Of a stretch of 64,000 nt of DNA, positions 61,849 through 64,000 are shown one piece after another. Numbering within the stretch: position 1 is the first letter of the stretch; the number at the start of each line of letters is the position of its first letter. Source of the DNA: the human T2T-CHM13v2.0 reference genome, Homo sapiens; NCBI RefSeq assembly GCF_009914755.1, contig NC_060948.1, one strand, 5' to 3'. The translations under genes and the position numbers were made by a program. The notes beneath the pieces were generated by a model. The model ran no database searches. It was not told the origin of the DNA and was given only the letters and a program-made list of their open reading frames with translations.

Positions 61849-63975
61849 AGATCCATATTTTTTAAATGAAAAAAAATTTCAAAGGTACTCTGCTTGGTAC
61901 AATAATCAAATGTATAAACTGAGGAATAAAACATAACCATGAAACCTACTTATAACTGCATATGGAAAATACAGAGGATAATTTTTTAAATAACATATTT
62001 TGAAAGCCTTAACTAGTAATTTGAAGAGCTGGCATTTGAAAGGCCAGTATGAATATACCTTCAAATCAGCAACACAGGTTCCCCATGAGAAAAAGCAAAC
62101 ACAGGGAAAATAAAAACACAAAGGTTCAATCTCTTCTGACCTTTGAAAGACACAGCACAGACAGTGGTCCTTAGGACGAAGAGCAGGAGACCCCTAATTC
62201 CGTCACCATGGCGATAGGGCATAAACATTGCTGGGTGAGGGCACAATCCACATTGTGAGGTCCAACTGCTGCCAGGAAGACAGGAGTGCTTTTACATAGA
62301 CCGAAAGGTCATTGAAGGCTCAGAGTTTTGTTTCAAGAACTGAATCCCAAGCCCACACGTTATTAGGCTGCGCTTCTTAAAACAAGTTATGAGATGGGAA
62401 AAAGGGCACCCACAAACATACGTATACATTATGTATATAATAATATACAGTATCATATATATAATATATATAACCTATGTATAATATTGTTTTACATCCT
62501 GCATCTTATGTTATATATATTGTATAAAATATAATAATTGATAATATATAAGTTTTATAATTATACGATATGACATATAGTATATATTATAATTTATGAC
62601 ATATATAATATATGTTATATATCATATGTAGAATATATTATACGGTTAATATACGTATTAAATATAAATTATACATTATATATATTATATATAATATATC
62701 TGTTATATATAATACCCATTATGCATAATATATATATTATGTCTATGTTATATATAGTATAAAACAACATATAATAATATATAATTGTATATATAAAATG
62801 CGACATATAATATATATTATATTTTATAACATATGTAATATATATTATATATTATATATAATACGTTGTATGTATAATACCTATATTAAATATATATTAT
62901 ATGACTATGTTATTAATTACATATCACATGTGTTATATATTATATATTTTACATAGAATATACCGGTTACATACAATATATACTATGTTACCTATAATGT
63001 GTAATTTATTACATGTAAAATAAAGAATGCAATATATTATGTATAATTTATAATATACAATATGTGGAATGTGACATATATAACATATAATATATGATAT
63101 ATGATATACAGTATATGATATATAACATACAAAATATGATTCCTAATATATATGGTATACAATATATATTTTATGATATGTATTCTATATGTTTTATATT
63201 CTGTTATATATAACTATTTGAAATTATATATAACTGTATAATATTTTATGTAAATATGTAATATAATATATATAACTATATAATATATTATAGATAACTA
63301 TATATTATGTTATATATACTTTTATAACATAATTTACATAAAATATCATAATATAATATATATTATATTATTTCATATTATATAATATATATTACATATC
63401 ACCCAATATAACTAACATACATAATATTATAATATAGATTATATTGTGTTATATTAAATATCATATATATCATGTATCATATATTCTATAATATATATTA
63501 CACATTATATAATATGTATGTTGTCTATTATGTGATATATATAACTATATATATAATTATATTTTTATACATATAACTAGATAAACATGTAATTCTACAT
63601 ATTTTCATTTATAATATGTAGAATTATATAATCATATATAATTATTTATATTCTATAAAAATTTTATCATTATATAAATTATAATATATAAAAATTATAA
63701 TATGTACTACAAATATATATATTATATATCATATATGATATAGTACCTTTGTTATATATCATAATACATATAAATGTGTATTATGTTATCTATAATTATA
63801 TAATTTCATATATAAGATGTATAATATGTATCATATATTATATATGTTATGTAATATATATAGTATATATAAGATGACACAGGATAAATATTATATACTA
63901 TGACATATAAAATATATCAGGTTATATGTTACATATAAGGCATAGCACATAACATGTAATATGTATCATATATAA

Positions 63976-64000
63976 TTTTTTTTTAGACAGAATCTTGTCG
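63976..64000 (-). mobile_element. Start of the 27th Alu copy (cut by the window edge)
   Basis: tttttttttagacagaatcttgtcg at the expected period. Confidence 0.85.

Overview
The whole 64 kb window is one uninterrupted head-to-tail tandem array of a ~2.42 kb composite unit (about 26.5 copies, periods 2413-2420 bp, all in one orientation). Each unit has a decayed antisense Alu (~290 bp), a ~570 bp moderately GC-rich HSATI-type segment and a ~1.55 kb extremely AT-rich tract. This matches the human DYZ2/HSat1B satellite, best known from Yq12 heterochromatin; related copies exist on acrocentric short arms, so the chromosome is an inference. I find no credible protein-coding gene, RNA gene or CRISPR array, and the listed ORFs are repeat artefacts. 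I cannot support a new functional biological system here. The informative signal is in the variant pattern: three unit subfamilies in blocks, a near-perfect 4.84 kb dimer duplication, an alternating A-B-A-B-A run, 8-unit and 17-unit long-range homologies, conversion-like mosaics inside the Alu, and an Alu whose diagnostic bases look more AluSc-like than AluY-like. All comparisons were made by eye.
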